From: the human T2T-CHM13v2.0 reference genome, Homo sapiens
DNA: 64,000 bases
Assembly: GCF_009914755.1 (NCBI RefSeq)
Contig: NC_060930.1
Direction: 5' to 3' (one strand)
Numbering within the stretch: the stretch's first letter is position 1; each line of letters starts with the position of its first letter. The notes beneath the pieces are model-generated. The model did not search any database, was not told the DNA's origin, and saw only the letters and a list, made by a program, of their open reading frames with translations. Both the position numbers and the translations under genes were made by a program. Below, piece after piece: positions 21,762-33,705 of the stretch.

Positions 21762-23377
21762 TGAATTTGTAAGAGGTACAAAAGCGACTTTTTTCTAGGG
21801 ATCACTTCAAGAATTTATCAAACCATTTCAAACTTATGATCACACTTAAGTATAATTTGGTGAGAGCTGCCTCTAGTACTAATAATCTATCTCAGATGTA
21901 TGGTTATCTGATGGTCCAGCTTGATTTATGGACAGATTTAAAATGGAAGGAGCACAGAATTGGCATGGGATCAATGGCTGTGGGGTTTGGGTCATGTGCA
22001 TATGGGGGTTCATTATATCATTTTGTCTACTCCTGGGTGTGTTTGAAATTTTCTGTAATAAAAGATTAAACAAACAAACAAGACCAAAACAGTAGTTCTT
22101 AATACAGGCTCAACCAACACATAGAGGGATTTCAGTGGGGCCCAATAACCCTCCAGAAATTATTCGCAAAATGTTATATCTATGAGCATATGTACATTTT
22201 TTGAGGGAGGAGTTCCAAAACATGAATCAGATTCTTAGCAGTCTATTTTGCTAGAATGAACAATTGGAGTAAATAGGCTGCCTAACTGTTAGCCAAGATT
22301 CCATGAGGACCATATCTTGCAACAAATGTTTATAATAGAAATTGGGAAATAGAGATTTTAAAGCTATGATCCCTTGCAAAGACTCTGAAATACAAATGCC
22401 AAACCATTCTTGAAATCATTGCAGTAAAATAACTAATGATTGATAACCTAAGATTTTATGGGAAAACAGAGTTGGGAGGATTGAGGATGCAAGTGAAACT
22501 GTGAAAGTGACTATAATAAGTTGTTAACTTATAAAAACAATATAATTGGGGCAACACATTAAATAAAGCAAGTGAAAGTGAGATCTTATAAACCCATCTT
22601 TTAAATTAAAGACCTTATAGAATTAATTTCCATTTATTATTTCTAGCTCCAGAGAAACATATTCACCCTTTCCCATTGAGCTCCTTTCAAATTCATTTTG
22701 CTTTGCTGGCAATAATCTGCATTCTAAAAAGCTCTCCCCCTTTCCTGCCTCCCACTGCGTAGCTTTTCTCATTCTTGGCTCAAATGATCAAGACCTTTTA
22801 AATTTTGACACTAGAAGTTGTCAATTTCAACCTCCCAAGCCCACAATGTTCTAGAAACAAATAGAGTGAAATGGCATTAGTTAAGAATGTTTCAATACCC
22901 TCTCTTAGAAAAGACCCAGGTCTATGATGACTTTTTTCCCTCAACTTCCAATATATTATGCATGGTTTCACTAGAAAACTTGAGTTTCCACTCTGTCACC
23001 CACTTTGTCTCTTTTCCTTCTATAAGTAAACGATTTTTAATTAATAAACAAAAATCCAAAAGTACAGCTATGTGTTGATGATGGTAGATAATAATCACTC
23101 TGTGCCAGGCACTTTTCTATGTGCTTTGCATGTACTGACACGTACAATTCTCATACCAATGCTAGGAGGTGTGAAAAAATTATCTGAAACGTAGAAATAG
23201 GTAAAAAACCAAAACAAACAAACAAAAAACTGGGCTTTTTTTTCAGGGCATTGCTGAGCTTGCAGCTTTGATTTTCTGTTACCTGGACTATTTTACTACT
23301 CTGTAGATGCAGAGGTTAACATAGATTTGTGTCAAGATGTAGATAATTTCTATTAGGTCAGTGGGCCAGGTAGGTTT

Positions 23378-23379
23378 AT

Positions 23380-23414
<35 letters not shown>

Positions 23415-23425
23415 TGTGTGTGTAT
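23378..23425. repeat. (TG)n microsatellite
   Basis: TGTGTATGTGTGTG...TGCATGTGTGTGTATG. Confidence 0.92.
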
Positions 23426-23747
23426 GGTGTGGTGATAATCTTAAAGACTGTAGTTCATTGCCATCTTGACATTAACCAATTTTGCTCCTATCCCAGCAAT
23501 CTTATCCTAACATTTATTTATTAAATTACCTATAAATGCCTAGCTTCCCCAATGCCCTTTGAACCTGTTTTACTGTTTTCTCATTAATTAATGAGTTAAA
23601 CAAAACCTTTGACACATGTTCTTTTTTTTAACCTTTTAAAAAGCATACTCTAACACTAGGTATATTACATGATAACCTTTTAATGGTTGAATATTATTCT
23701 ATTTTATGAACTACAAACAATTCACTCAAGTTATTCCTCCATTATAG

Positions 23748-24200
23748 TGTCAGGCCTCTGAGCCCAAGCCAAGCCATCGCATCCCCTGTGACTTGCACGT
23801 ATAAGCCCAGATGGCCTGAAGTAACTGAAGAATCACAAAAGAAGTGAATATGCCCTGCCCCACCTTAACTGATGACATTCCACTACAAAAGAAGTGAAAA
23901 TGGCCGGTCCTTGCCTTAAGTGATGACATTACCTTGTGAAAGTCCTTTTCCTGGCTCATCCTGGCTCAAAAACCTCCCCCACTGAGCACCTTTCGACCCC
24001 GACTCCTGCCCGCCAGAGAACAAACCCCCTTTGACTGTAATTTTCCTTTACCTACCCAAATCCTATAAAACAGCCCCACCCTTATCTCCCTTCACTGACT
24101 CTCTTTTCCGACTCAGCCTACCTGCACCCAGGTGAAATAAACAGCCATGTTGCTCACGCAAAGCCTGTTTGGTGGTCTCTTCACACGGACGCGCATGAAA
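23748..24200 (+). promoter_or_regulatory. 5' LTR7 (LTR7up-like) promoter of provirus #2
   Basis: ACAAAAGA SOX-like motifs at 23835 and 23885, TATAAAA 24064-24070, AATAAA 24136-24141. Confidence 0.93.
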
Positions 24201-24202
24201 TT

Positions 24203-24220
24203 TGGTGCCGTGACTTGGAT
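24203..24220 (+). other. tRNA-His primer-binding site, one C>T mismatch
   Basis: TGGTGCCGTGACTTGGAT versus TGGTGCCGTGACTCGGAT, the complement of the tRNA-His 3' end. Confidence 0.95.
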
Positions 24221-24343
24221 CGGGGGACCTCCCTTCGGAGATCAATCCCCTGTCCTCCTGTTCTTTGCTCCATGAGAAAGATCCACCTACGACCTCAGGT
24301 CCTCAGACTGACCAGCCCAAGAAACATCTCACCAATTTCAAAT

Positions 24344-24352
24344 CCGGTAAGC
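24344..24352 (+). promoter_or_regulatory. HERV-H major splice donor (#2)
   Basis: CCG|GTAAGC about 145 nt downstream of the 5' LTR, the known HERV-H donor position. Confidence 0.8.
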
Positions 24353-24814
24353 GGCCTCTTTTTACTCTCTTCTCCAACCTCCCTCACTATCCCTCAACCT
24401 CTTTCTCCTTTCAATCTTGGCGCCACACTTCAATCTCTGCCTTCTGTTAATTTCAATTCCTTTCATTTTCTGGTAGAGACAAAGGAGACACTTTTTATCC
24501 GTGGACCCAAAACTCCGGCGCCAGTCACGGACTAGGAAGGCAGCCTTCCCTTGGTGTTTAATCATTGCAGGGACACCTCTCTGATTATTCACCCATGTTT
24601 CAAAGGTGTCAGACCACTCAGGGACACCTGCCTTGGTCCTTCACCCTTAGCGGCAAGTCCTGCTTTTCTGGGGAAGGGGCAAGTACCCCAACTCTTTCTC
24701 TCCTTGTCTCTACCCCTTCTCTGCTTTTCTGGGGGAGGGGCAAGTACCCCTCAACCCCTTCTCCTTCACCCTTAGCAGCAAGTCCCGCTTTTCCAGAGGA
24801 GGGGCAAGTACCCC

Positions 24815-25055
24815 AACCTCGTATCTCTGTGCCCCAATCCCTTATTTCCACGCCACAACCTCTTATATCTCTGCACCCCAGTCCCTTATTTCCACACCCT
24901 GACTTCTTATCTCTGCACCCCAATCCCTTATTTCCATGCCCCGACCCCTTATTTCTGTGCCCCGACCCCTTATTTCCATGCCCCGACCCCTTATTTCTGC
25001 ACCCCATCCCTTATTTCTGTGCCGCAACCTCTTATCTCTGTGCCCCAACCCCTTT
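24815..25055. repeat. ~21-22 bp tandem repeat array in the HERV-H leader
   Basis: about 10 units of CCCCTTATTTCYRTGCCCCGAC-like sequence. Confidence 0.88.
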
Positions 25056-25979
25056 TCCCACTTTTCTAGAAGGTAAGAACCCCCGAACCCCTTCCCTCCA
25101 TTTCTCTACTCTCTCTTTTCTCTAGGCTTGCTTCCTTCACTATAGGCAACTTTCCACCCTCCATTCCTCCTTCTACTCCCTTAACCTGTGTTCTCAAAAA
25201 CTTAAAACCTCTTCAACTCACACCTGACCTAAAACCTAAATGTCTTATTTTCTTCTGCAATGCTGCTTGACCCCAATACAAACTCGACAGTAGTTCCAAA
25301 TAGCCAGAAAACGGCACTTTCAATTTTTCCATTCTACAAGATCTAAATACTTCTTATCGTAAAATAGGCAAATGGTCTGAGGTGACTGACGTCCAGGCAT
25401 TTTTTACACATCAGTCCCTTCCTAGTCTCTGTGCCCAGTGCAACTCGTCCCAAATCTTCTTTCCCTTCCGCCTGTCCCCTCAGTCCCAACCCCATGCATC
25501 ACTGAGTCTTTCTAATCTTCTTTTTCTACAGACCCATCTGACCTCTACCCTCCTCGCCAGGCCAAGCTAGGTCCCAATTCTTCCACCCTATAATCTTTTT
25601 ATTGCCTCCCCTCCTCATACCTGGTCCGGCTTACAGTTTCCTTCCGTGACTAGCCCTCCCCCACCTGCCCAGCAATTTCCTCTTAAAAAGGTGGCTGGAG
25701 CCAAAGGCATAGTCAAGGTTAATGCTCCTTTCTCTTTATCCCAAATCAGATAGCGTTTAGGCTCTTTTTCATCAAATATAAAAACCCAGCCCAGTTCATG
25801 TCTCATTCGGCAGCAACCCTGCGACGCTTTACAGCCCTAGACCCTAAAAGGTCAAAAGGCCATCTTATTCTCAATATACATTTTATTACCCAATCTGCTC
25901 CTGACATTAAATAAAACTCCAAAAATTAGAATCTGGCCCTCAAACCTCACAACAGGATTTAATTAACCTCACCTTCAAG

Positions 25980-26306
25980 GTGTACAATAATAGAAAAAAG
26001 TTGCAATTCCTTGCCTCCACTGTGAGACAAACCCCAGCCACATCTCCAGCACACAAGAAATTCCAAACACCTGAACCACAGCGGCCAGGCATTCCTCCAG
26101 AACCTCCTCCCCCAGGAGCTTGCTACAAGTGCCAGAAATCTGACCACCAGGCCAAGGAATGCCTGCAGCCCAGGATTCCTCCTAAGCCGTGTCCCATTTG
26201 TGCAGGACCCCACTGGAAATCGGACTGTTCAACTCACCTGGCAGCCACTCCCGGAGCCCCTGGAACTCTGGCCCAAGACTCTCTGACTGACTCCTTCTCG
26301 GCTTAG
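25980..26306 (+). pseudogene. gag: HERV-H gag remnant, nucleocapsid with two CCHC zinc knuckles
   Basis: CYKCQKSDHQAKEC and CPICAGPHWKSDC (CX2CX4HX4C); upstream gag broken by stops. Confidence 0.93.
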
Positions 26307-26339
26307 CGGCTGAAGACTGACGCTGCCCGGTCGCCTCGG

Positions 26340-28510
26340 AAGCCCCGTAGACCATCAGGGACGCCGAGCTTTGGGTAACTCTCACAGTGGAAGGTAAGCC
26401 CGTCCCCTTCTTAATCAATACAGAGGCTACCCACTCCACATTACCTTCTTTTCAAGGGTCTGTTTCCCTTGCCTCCATAACTGTTCTAGGTATTGACGGC
26501 CAGGCTTCTAAACCTCTTAAAACTCCCCAAATCTAGTGCCAACTTAGACAATACTCTTTTAAGCACTCCTTTTTAGTTATCCCCACCTGCCCAGTTCCCT
26601 TATTAGGCTGAGACACTTTAACTAAATTATCTGCTTCCCTGACTGTTCCTGGACTACAGCTGTATCTCATTGCCGCCTTTCTTCCCAATCCAAAGCTTCC
26701 TTTGCGTCCTCCTCTTGTATCCCCCCACCTTAACCCACAAGTATAAGATACCTCTACTCCCTCCTTGGTGACCGATCATGCACCCCTTACCGTGTCATTA
26801 AAACCTAATCACCCTTACCCCACTAAATGCCAATATCCCATCCCGCAGCACGCTTTAAAAAGATTAAAGCCTGTTATCACTGGCCTGCTACAGCATGGCC
26901 TTTTAAAGCCTATAAACTCTCCTTATAATTCCCCCATTTTACCCATCCTAAAACTGCACAAGTCTTACAGATTAGTTCAGGATCTGCATCTTATCAACCA
27001 AACTGTTTTGCCTATCCACCCTGTGGTGCCCAAGCTGTACACTCTTTTGTCCTCAATACCTTCCTCCACAACTCACTATTCCGTGCTTGATCTTAAAGAT
27101 GCTTTTTTCACTATTCCCCTGCACCCCTCGTCCCAGCCTCTCTTCGCTTTCACTTAGACTGACCCTGACACCCATTAGGCTCTGCAAATTACCTAGGCTG
27201 TACTGCCGCAAGGCTTCATAGACAGCCCCCATTACTTCAGTCAAGCCCAAATTTCATCCTCATCTGTTACCTATCTCGCCATAATTCTCATAAAAACACA
27301 CGTGCTCTCCCTGCTGATCATGTCCGATTAATCTCCCAAACCTCAATCCCTTACAAAACAACAACTCCTTTCCTTCCTAGGCATAGTTAGTGCGGTCAGA
27401 ATTCTTACACAAGAGCCAGGACTGCACCCTGTAGTGTTTCTGTGCAAACAACTTGACCTTACTGTTTTATCCTAGCCCTCATGTCTGCGTGCAGCGGCTG
27501 CCGCTGCTTTAATAGTTTTAGAGGCCCTCAAAATCACAAACTATGCTCAACTCACTCTCTACATTTCTCATAACTTCCAAAATCTATTTTCTTCCTCATA
27601 CCTGACGCATATACTTTCTGCTACCCAGCTCCTTCAGCTGTTCTCACTCTTTGTTAAGTCCTACAATTATCATTGTTCCTGCCCTGGACTTCAATCCGGC
27701 CTCTCACATTATTCTGGATACCACACCTGACCCCCATGACTGTATCTCTCTGATCCACCTGACATTCACCCCATTTCCCCAAATTTCCTTATTTCCTGTT
27801 CCTCATCCTGATCACGCTTGATTTATTGATGGCGGTTCCACCAGGCCTAATCGCCACACACCAGCAAAGGCAGGCTATGCTATAGCACAAGCCACTAGCC
27901 CGCCTCTTAGAACCTCTCATTTCCTTTCCATCGTGGAAATCTATCCTCAAGGAAATAACTTCTCAGTGTTCCATCTGCTATTCTACTACTCCTCAGGGAT
28001 TATTCAGGCCCCCTCCCTACCCTACACATCAAGCTCGAGGATTTGCTCCCACCCAGGACTGACAAATTAGCTTTACTCAACATGCCCCGAGTCAGATAAC
28101 TAAAATCCCTCTTAGTCTAGGTAGACACTTTCACTGGATAGGTAGAGGCCTTTCCTACAGGGTCTGAGAAGGCCACCACAGTCATGTCTTCCCTTCTGTC
28201 AGACATAATTCCTCAGTTTAGCCTTCCCACCTCTATACTGTCTGACAACAGGTAAGCCTTTATTAGTCAAATCAGCCAAGCAGTTTTTCAGGCTCTTAGT
28301 GTTCACTGAAACCTTTATATCCCTTATGGTCCTCCGTCTTCAAGAAAAGTAGAATGGACTAAAGGTCTTTAAAAACACACCTCACCAAGCTCAGCCACCA
28401 ACTTAAAAAGGACTGGACAATACTTTTACCACTTTCCCTTCTCAGAAGTCAGACCTGTCCTCAGAATGCTACAAGGTACAGCCCATTTAAGCTCCTATAT
28501 AGACGCTCCT
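26340..28510 (+). pseudogene. pol: HERV-H pro-pol remnant (protease, deleted RT/RNase H, integrase)
   Basis: LINTEATHS (dead DTGA site, 26411-26437); YRLVQDL...VLDLKDAFFTIPL; LPQGFIDSP near 27203; no YxDD seen; many stops. Confidence 0.92.
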
Positions 28511-29139
28511 TTTTATTAGGCCCCAGTCTCATTCCAGACACCAGACCAACTTAGACTGTGCCCCAAAAAAACTTGTCATCCCTACTATCTTCTGTCTAGT
28601 CATACTCCTATTCACCGTTCTCACCTACTCATACATGCCCTGCTCTTGTTTACACTGCCAGTTTACATTGTTTCTCCAAGCCATCACAGCTGATATCTCC
28701 TGGTGCTATCCCCAAACTGCCACTCTTAACTCTTGAAGTAAATAAATAATCTTTGCTGGTAGGACTATGCTGAATCTCCTTAGGCACTCTCTAATCAGAT
28801 ATCCTGAGTCGTCCCAATTCTTAGACATTTTATACCTGTTTTTCTCCTTCTGTTATTCCATTAAGTTTTTCAATTCATACAAAACCATATCAAGGCCATC
28901 ACCAATCATTGTATACGACAAATATTTCTTCTAACATCCCCACAATATCACCCCTTACCACAAGACCTCCCTTCAGCTTAATCTCTCCCACTCTAGGTTC
29001 CCACGCCGCCCCGTAATCCCGCTTGAAGCAGCCCTGAGAAACATCGCCCATTCTCTCTACATACCACCCCCCAAAAATTTTCACTGCCCCAACACTTCAA
29101 CACTATTTTATTTTTCTTATTAATATAAGAAGTCAGGAA

Positions 29140-29591
29140 TGTCAGGCCTCTGAGCCCAAGCCAAGCCATCGCATCCCCTGTGACTTGCACGTATAAGCCC
29201 AGATGGCCTGAAGTAACTGAAGAATCACAAAAGAAGTGAATATGCCCTGCCCCACCTTAACTGATGACATTCCACCACAAAAGAAGTGTAAATGGCCGGT
29301 CCTTGCCTTAAGTGATGACATTACCTTGTGAAAGTCCTTTTCCTGGCTCATCCTGGCTCAGAAAGCACCCCCACTGAGCACTTGCAACTCCCACTCCTGC
29401 CCACCAGAGAACAAACCGCCTTTGACTATAATTTTCCTTTACCTACCCAAATCCTATAAAACGGCCCCACCCCTATCTCCCTTTGCTGACTCTCTTTTTG
29501 GACTCAGCCCGCCTGCACCCAGGTGAAATAAACAGCCATGTTGCTCACACAAAGCCTGTTTGGTGGTCTCTTCACACAGAAGCGCATGAAA
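29140..29591 (+). promoter_or_regulatory. 3' LTR7 of provirus #2
   Basis: direct repeat of 23748-24200, preceded by AAGAAGTCAGGAA. Confidence 0.95.
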
Positions 29592-30910
29592 ATAGGATAT
29601 TGAGTTTGGTTCCAATACTTTTTCCTTTTAAGAAAAAAATGATGTATATTCAATATTTTGTGGCTAAACATTTGCATTTGTTTAATTATAACACTACAAG
29701 TGGAATTTCTGGGTCAAAACTATTCGCATTTTAAAAACTTTAGGTCGACCTTGCTTGGGTATCATCCAGAAAGTTTGTATCAGTTTATACTTCAGCTGAA
29801 TATAAGGATGTCCACTTTCATTCATCAGATTTCTTTTATTTTCTGATTATTCCCATTATGAGTGACTCACACGGGTAATAAAAAAGGAGGAATTAATGAA
29901 AAAGTATAGTTAAAATTTTGAGAAAAGATAACATATTTGGAGATAATTTATTGCATTACATGTGAAGGGGAGATTATATGATTTGAAAGTAAACTGCATA
30001 GGGCTGACAATATTTAAACTGTTAGGAAATCTAACTAAGGTGCCCGGATGGCTGTTTAATTCTGCTTTGTGTAAAGATGGGGCAATGGATTATTTCGGAC
30101 AGGACAACATTTCCTTTCTCCCTCTCTTCCTTCTTTTCCAGAAAACTTACCTGGGGTTCCCCAAAACATAAATGAGTAGTTAAATGCTTATGTCATAAAG
30201 CATGACAACATTAATTTCAGTGTGGAAAATATTCACCTATTGTCTTGCACAAATAACCCAGAGATTATCCAATTTTAACTAATATAACTTTCTTTATATA
30301 AATATATTTTTCTAATAAAAGTTAAAACTTATTTTCTAAAGTTACAAAAGAAAAAAAGCTCAGTGAATTGAAAAATATTTTAGCAAATACATGTTTTGAA
30401 AAAGATATAACATGGTAATTTCCTTTATTTTATCCATATACAACTTAATTCTATTTACAAGGCATTAAGATGTAAATTCCTTAAACTTGTGATTTCTTAA
30501 AGTTAACTGAAAACAATACCTATAACATTCCTGCTATCTACTAATTTTACAAACTTTAAGTACTTTATATATATTTGTTTTAATATTTAATGAAGGATGT
30601 CAGTAAGTCCAGACAAAGTGTGGGTTACTAGAAATCTATTTAAGGCTCAAAGAACTAAGAGGAGGGGTGGGTCAGGGAGGATGAGGGGCAGATGCAGGGA
30701 GGAGAGTCCGCTGCTTCCAGAAACAAGTTAAATGTGTTCTTTTTTCTTGCTACTGAAGAATTTCCAATACAGTGAAAACATTGAAAACTTGTCTTGAACA
30801 CCTCTCAGCTTTCCATTTAGTTTCAGAGTGGACTCAAGTAGGGAGGAAAATACATACATATATATATATATATTCATTAATATACTTACTGAATATACAT
30901 ATCATGAATA

Positions 30911-30974
30911 TATATTAATGAATATACATATTCATGAATATATATATTCATGAATATGTATATTCATTAATATA
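30911..30974. repeat. Perfect 64-bp AT-rich palindrome
   Basis: TATATTAATGAATATACATATTCATGAATATA is followed directly by its exact reverse complement. Confidence 0.95.
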
Positions 30975-31742
30975 CTTAAGCTTGAATATGAGCTAACCCA
31001 TTCAGGGAAATGAAAAAGAAGATTTTGATGGTAAATTAGGCAGCATTGCCCCCAGTGTCTGGGATTCACGAGGAAGGTAAGAAGCAGGCAGAGAGGAGGA
31101 ACAGGGTAAGTAGGTGATCACTGAAGATTCCAGGGAGCATTGCTCTCATCTCTACAAATCTGTAACCTGACATCAGTCCTATGTTTGGAAAAAAAGCCAC
31201 CCTCATTATGCTATTCCAGCAACTATGAGTTATTCTTTTGTGTTTACTGAATTTCCACTAAAAGCACTTAGTTTTTTTCTATTCCTTAAACATGTTCCAG
31301 GTTTTCATAACCATTAAGGTGAGCAGTAACAAAAGGGTTACCAAAATTGTTAACCTTAGTACTCAAACATCCTGATGTTGTGGGATATTTACCAGACATT
31401 TACTTTAATGAGCCTAACTGCTTCAGCATAGGTTATGGGTGTCCTTAAAGAGGCCTTCTTGGAAATTAGCTTAAAAATATCATCTTTGGCAAAAGCGCCA
31501 GACCTCAGGTCTGAGATATTAAAGATTTCTAATCAAAGTATTTTAAGACAAAGAGACAAGTCTAGTCAGAAATTAAAACAGAGTTCAGAACAAAGCTTAA
31601 GTGGCAAAGAGAGTTTAGGGAATCAGCTTTATCCCTTCGGGAAAACAGAATTTTAGAACACATGAGCATAGCTTTAATGTGATTAATGAACAGATTAGGC
31701 CGGTGAGCAAACATGCATTGGGCTTTGGAAGTCATACCTTCC

Positions 31743-33284
31743 AGTGGCTTCACAGCTTACTTACACAGTCACAGTACAAGTTCCTGACCTATGCTAAGTA
31801 AAGAATGTCACTTTCTCACAGGCTCAGGAGCCCCAGTTTATCTTGGGACCTCAAGAGGAGAGTAATTTACCCAACTCATAAGTATTTGATGGCAACAAAC
31901 CATGGCTGGGCTTGGCTTTAAAACAGTCTTATCTGAGATTCCTTTTATGCAACGAAGTTCCATTGAAGCAAATTTAAAAAGCCTTTGTGAAAAATAGTTA
32001 TTCTTGCTGCACTTTATACAAATAATCAGGCCAAGTAAAAGACCAAAGCTTATTTTTGCAAACAAATCGGTCCTATTATGATTTGTCTTTAGTAAAAATG
32101 GGAGACTGGAAAGAGAAAAATTATGTTTCAAGAACTGTGGTACTCCTGTTATTAATTCTAAACTTATCAGTTGTTTTTGAGGTATTTTTTCTACAATTTA
32201 GACTGAGTCTGCTTATTCTTGTGAATCAACCAGTGATCTCTGGCTGCTGCCCAGAAGAAACAAGAGGGATGGGTAATGTAAAAATCTGGATCAATATTCT
32301 AATTCTGGGCATGTATTGGAATCAGCTAGCAACCCCATGTCAGTTTGGTGCCAACAGTTGATCAGTTCATGAAATGTCTTCTTATTTAGTTTATTTGGGA
32401 TAATTTTGCTTATTTTGCTTTACTGTTGTGGAATGTATTTGCTGTTGTACTCTTTGTGTAGGAATGCAAGATAAGCTTACTCAATGTTTTCTTAAATACT
32501 TAAATATCTTCCAGATATCACCTTTTGTTGGAACTCATGAGTTATGAATGGCCCTTGACATACCTATGCTTTCTGACTGAGCTTCTCTCTACTCTGAATA
32601 CAACAGACCCTAATAGTTAGGCAGGACTATCATTGCCCCTATTCAGCCTGAAGAAGTTACAGAAGATAGATCTTCATCCCTCTACAATCCTTAGGATTAA
32701 GGATTCCCTTGTAAAAGGGATGGGGGAAATAAGTCAGAGCTGGTTGAACCAGAGTGCCTCCATCTTGAATAGCGGCTGGGTAAAATAAGTCTGAGACCTA
32801 CTGGGCTGCATTCCCTAGAGGCTAGGCATTCTTAGTCACAGGATGAGAAAGGAGATCAGCACAAGATACAGGTCACAAAGACCTTGCTGATAAAACAGGT
32901 TGTGATAAAGAAACCAGCCAAAACCCACCAAAACTACAATGGTGATGAAAGTGACCTCTTGTCATCCTCACTGCTCATCATATGCTAATTATAATGTATT
33001 AGCACGCTAAGAGACACTCCCACCACCACCACGACAGTTTACAGATGCCATGGCAACATCAGGAAGTTACTGTATATGGTCTAAGAATGGAGGGAGGAAC
33101 GCTCTGTTCCAGGAATTGCCCACCCCTTTCCCAGAAAACTCATGAATAATCCACCCCTTGTTTAGCATATAATCAAGAAATAACTATAAGTGTGATTAGT
33201 CGGGCAGCCCATGCTGCTGCTCTGCCTGTGGAGTAGCCATTCTTTCTTTACTTTCCTAATATACTTACTTTCACTTGAAAAAAA
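31743..33284 (+). mobile_element. MER41-int 3' fragment plus MER41B-like U3-R, apparently a processed retrocopy
   Basis: MER4-group internal sequence, purine tract 32713-32731, LTR from ~32732 ending at 33277, A-run 33278-33284, 16-bp flanking repeat at 31727-31742 and 33285-33300. Confidence 0.85.
33107..33136. promoter_or_regulatory. Tandem GAS (STAT) motifs in MER41
   Basis: TTCCAGGAA (33107-33115) and TTCCCAGAA (33128-33136) both fit TTCNNNGAA. Confidence 0.75.
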
Positions 33285-33705
33285 GGAAGTCATCCCTTCC
33301 TCAGCAGCTCTAATTGCAAGTACCCTGTATACCTGAATTCCCAAGAAAAACATGTTAACTGAAGAAAGGGGGGCACAGCATAATGCCCCAAGCCTCTCCA
33401 TGTGATTTCCTTCAGGAAATCCCCTTTCCTTAAAGTTCACTGTTCACAGGAATCTGCTATTCGTGCTTCATTTCTCCACTCCCACAGACTAGCCCAGTGT
33501 TCCAGCCCACCTCTTGGGTATATAGTCTCAGGTGGGCCAGGCAGTCCCAGGAAACCCAGAGAAAAATTCTGGAACTGACAGTTTGGGGTCTGCTGGGTGT
33601 TGCTACTCAAGTGCCTGCCTGAAGCACAACTGCAGAACAGTCATAAGAAGAGAGACTCTGAGGAGATACTGGGCCAACTCAGGCTCCTGGAGGTTTTCTC
33701 TGAAT

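Larger units (their letters stand above)
23748..29591 (+). mobile_element. HERV-H provirus #2, complete LTR-to-LTR, ~5.8 kb deleted type
   Basis: 5' LTR 23748-24200, His PBS, gag/pro/pol remnants, purine tract, 3' LTR 29140-29591; flanking direct repeat ATAG at 23744-23747 and 29592-29595. Confidence 0.98.

Noticed and set aside
23750-23959. Repeated 69-aa minus-strand ORF MSQEKDFHKVMSS... (also 29142-29351 and 39254-39463)
   Set aside because: Antisense reading of the LTR7 U3. It recurs because the LTRs repeat, and the 205 G>A variant alters the start region in the other two LTRs; no coding evidence.
24815-25055. CRISPR-like periodic array
   Set aside because: Eukaryotic retroviral leader tandem repeat with no unique spacers and no cas genes.
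24565-25125. 186-188 aa Pro-rich ORFs (also 40069-40635)
   Set aside because: Open only because the C-rich leader repeats lack stop codons; non-ATG start; the two copies diverge in repeat content.
28500-29139. Intact env gene
   Set aside because: Only ~0.6 kb lies between integrase and the 3' LTR, with no long ORF; this is the env-deleted HERV-H type.
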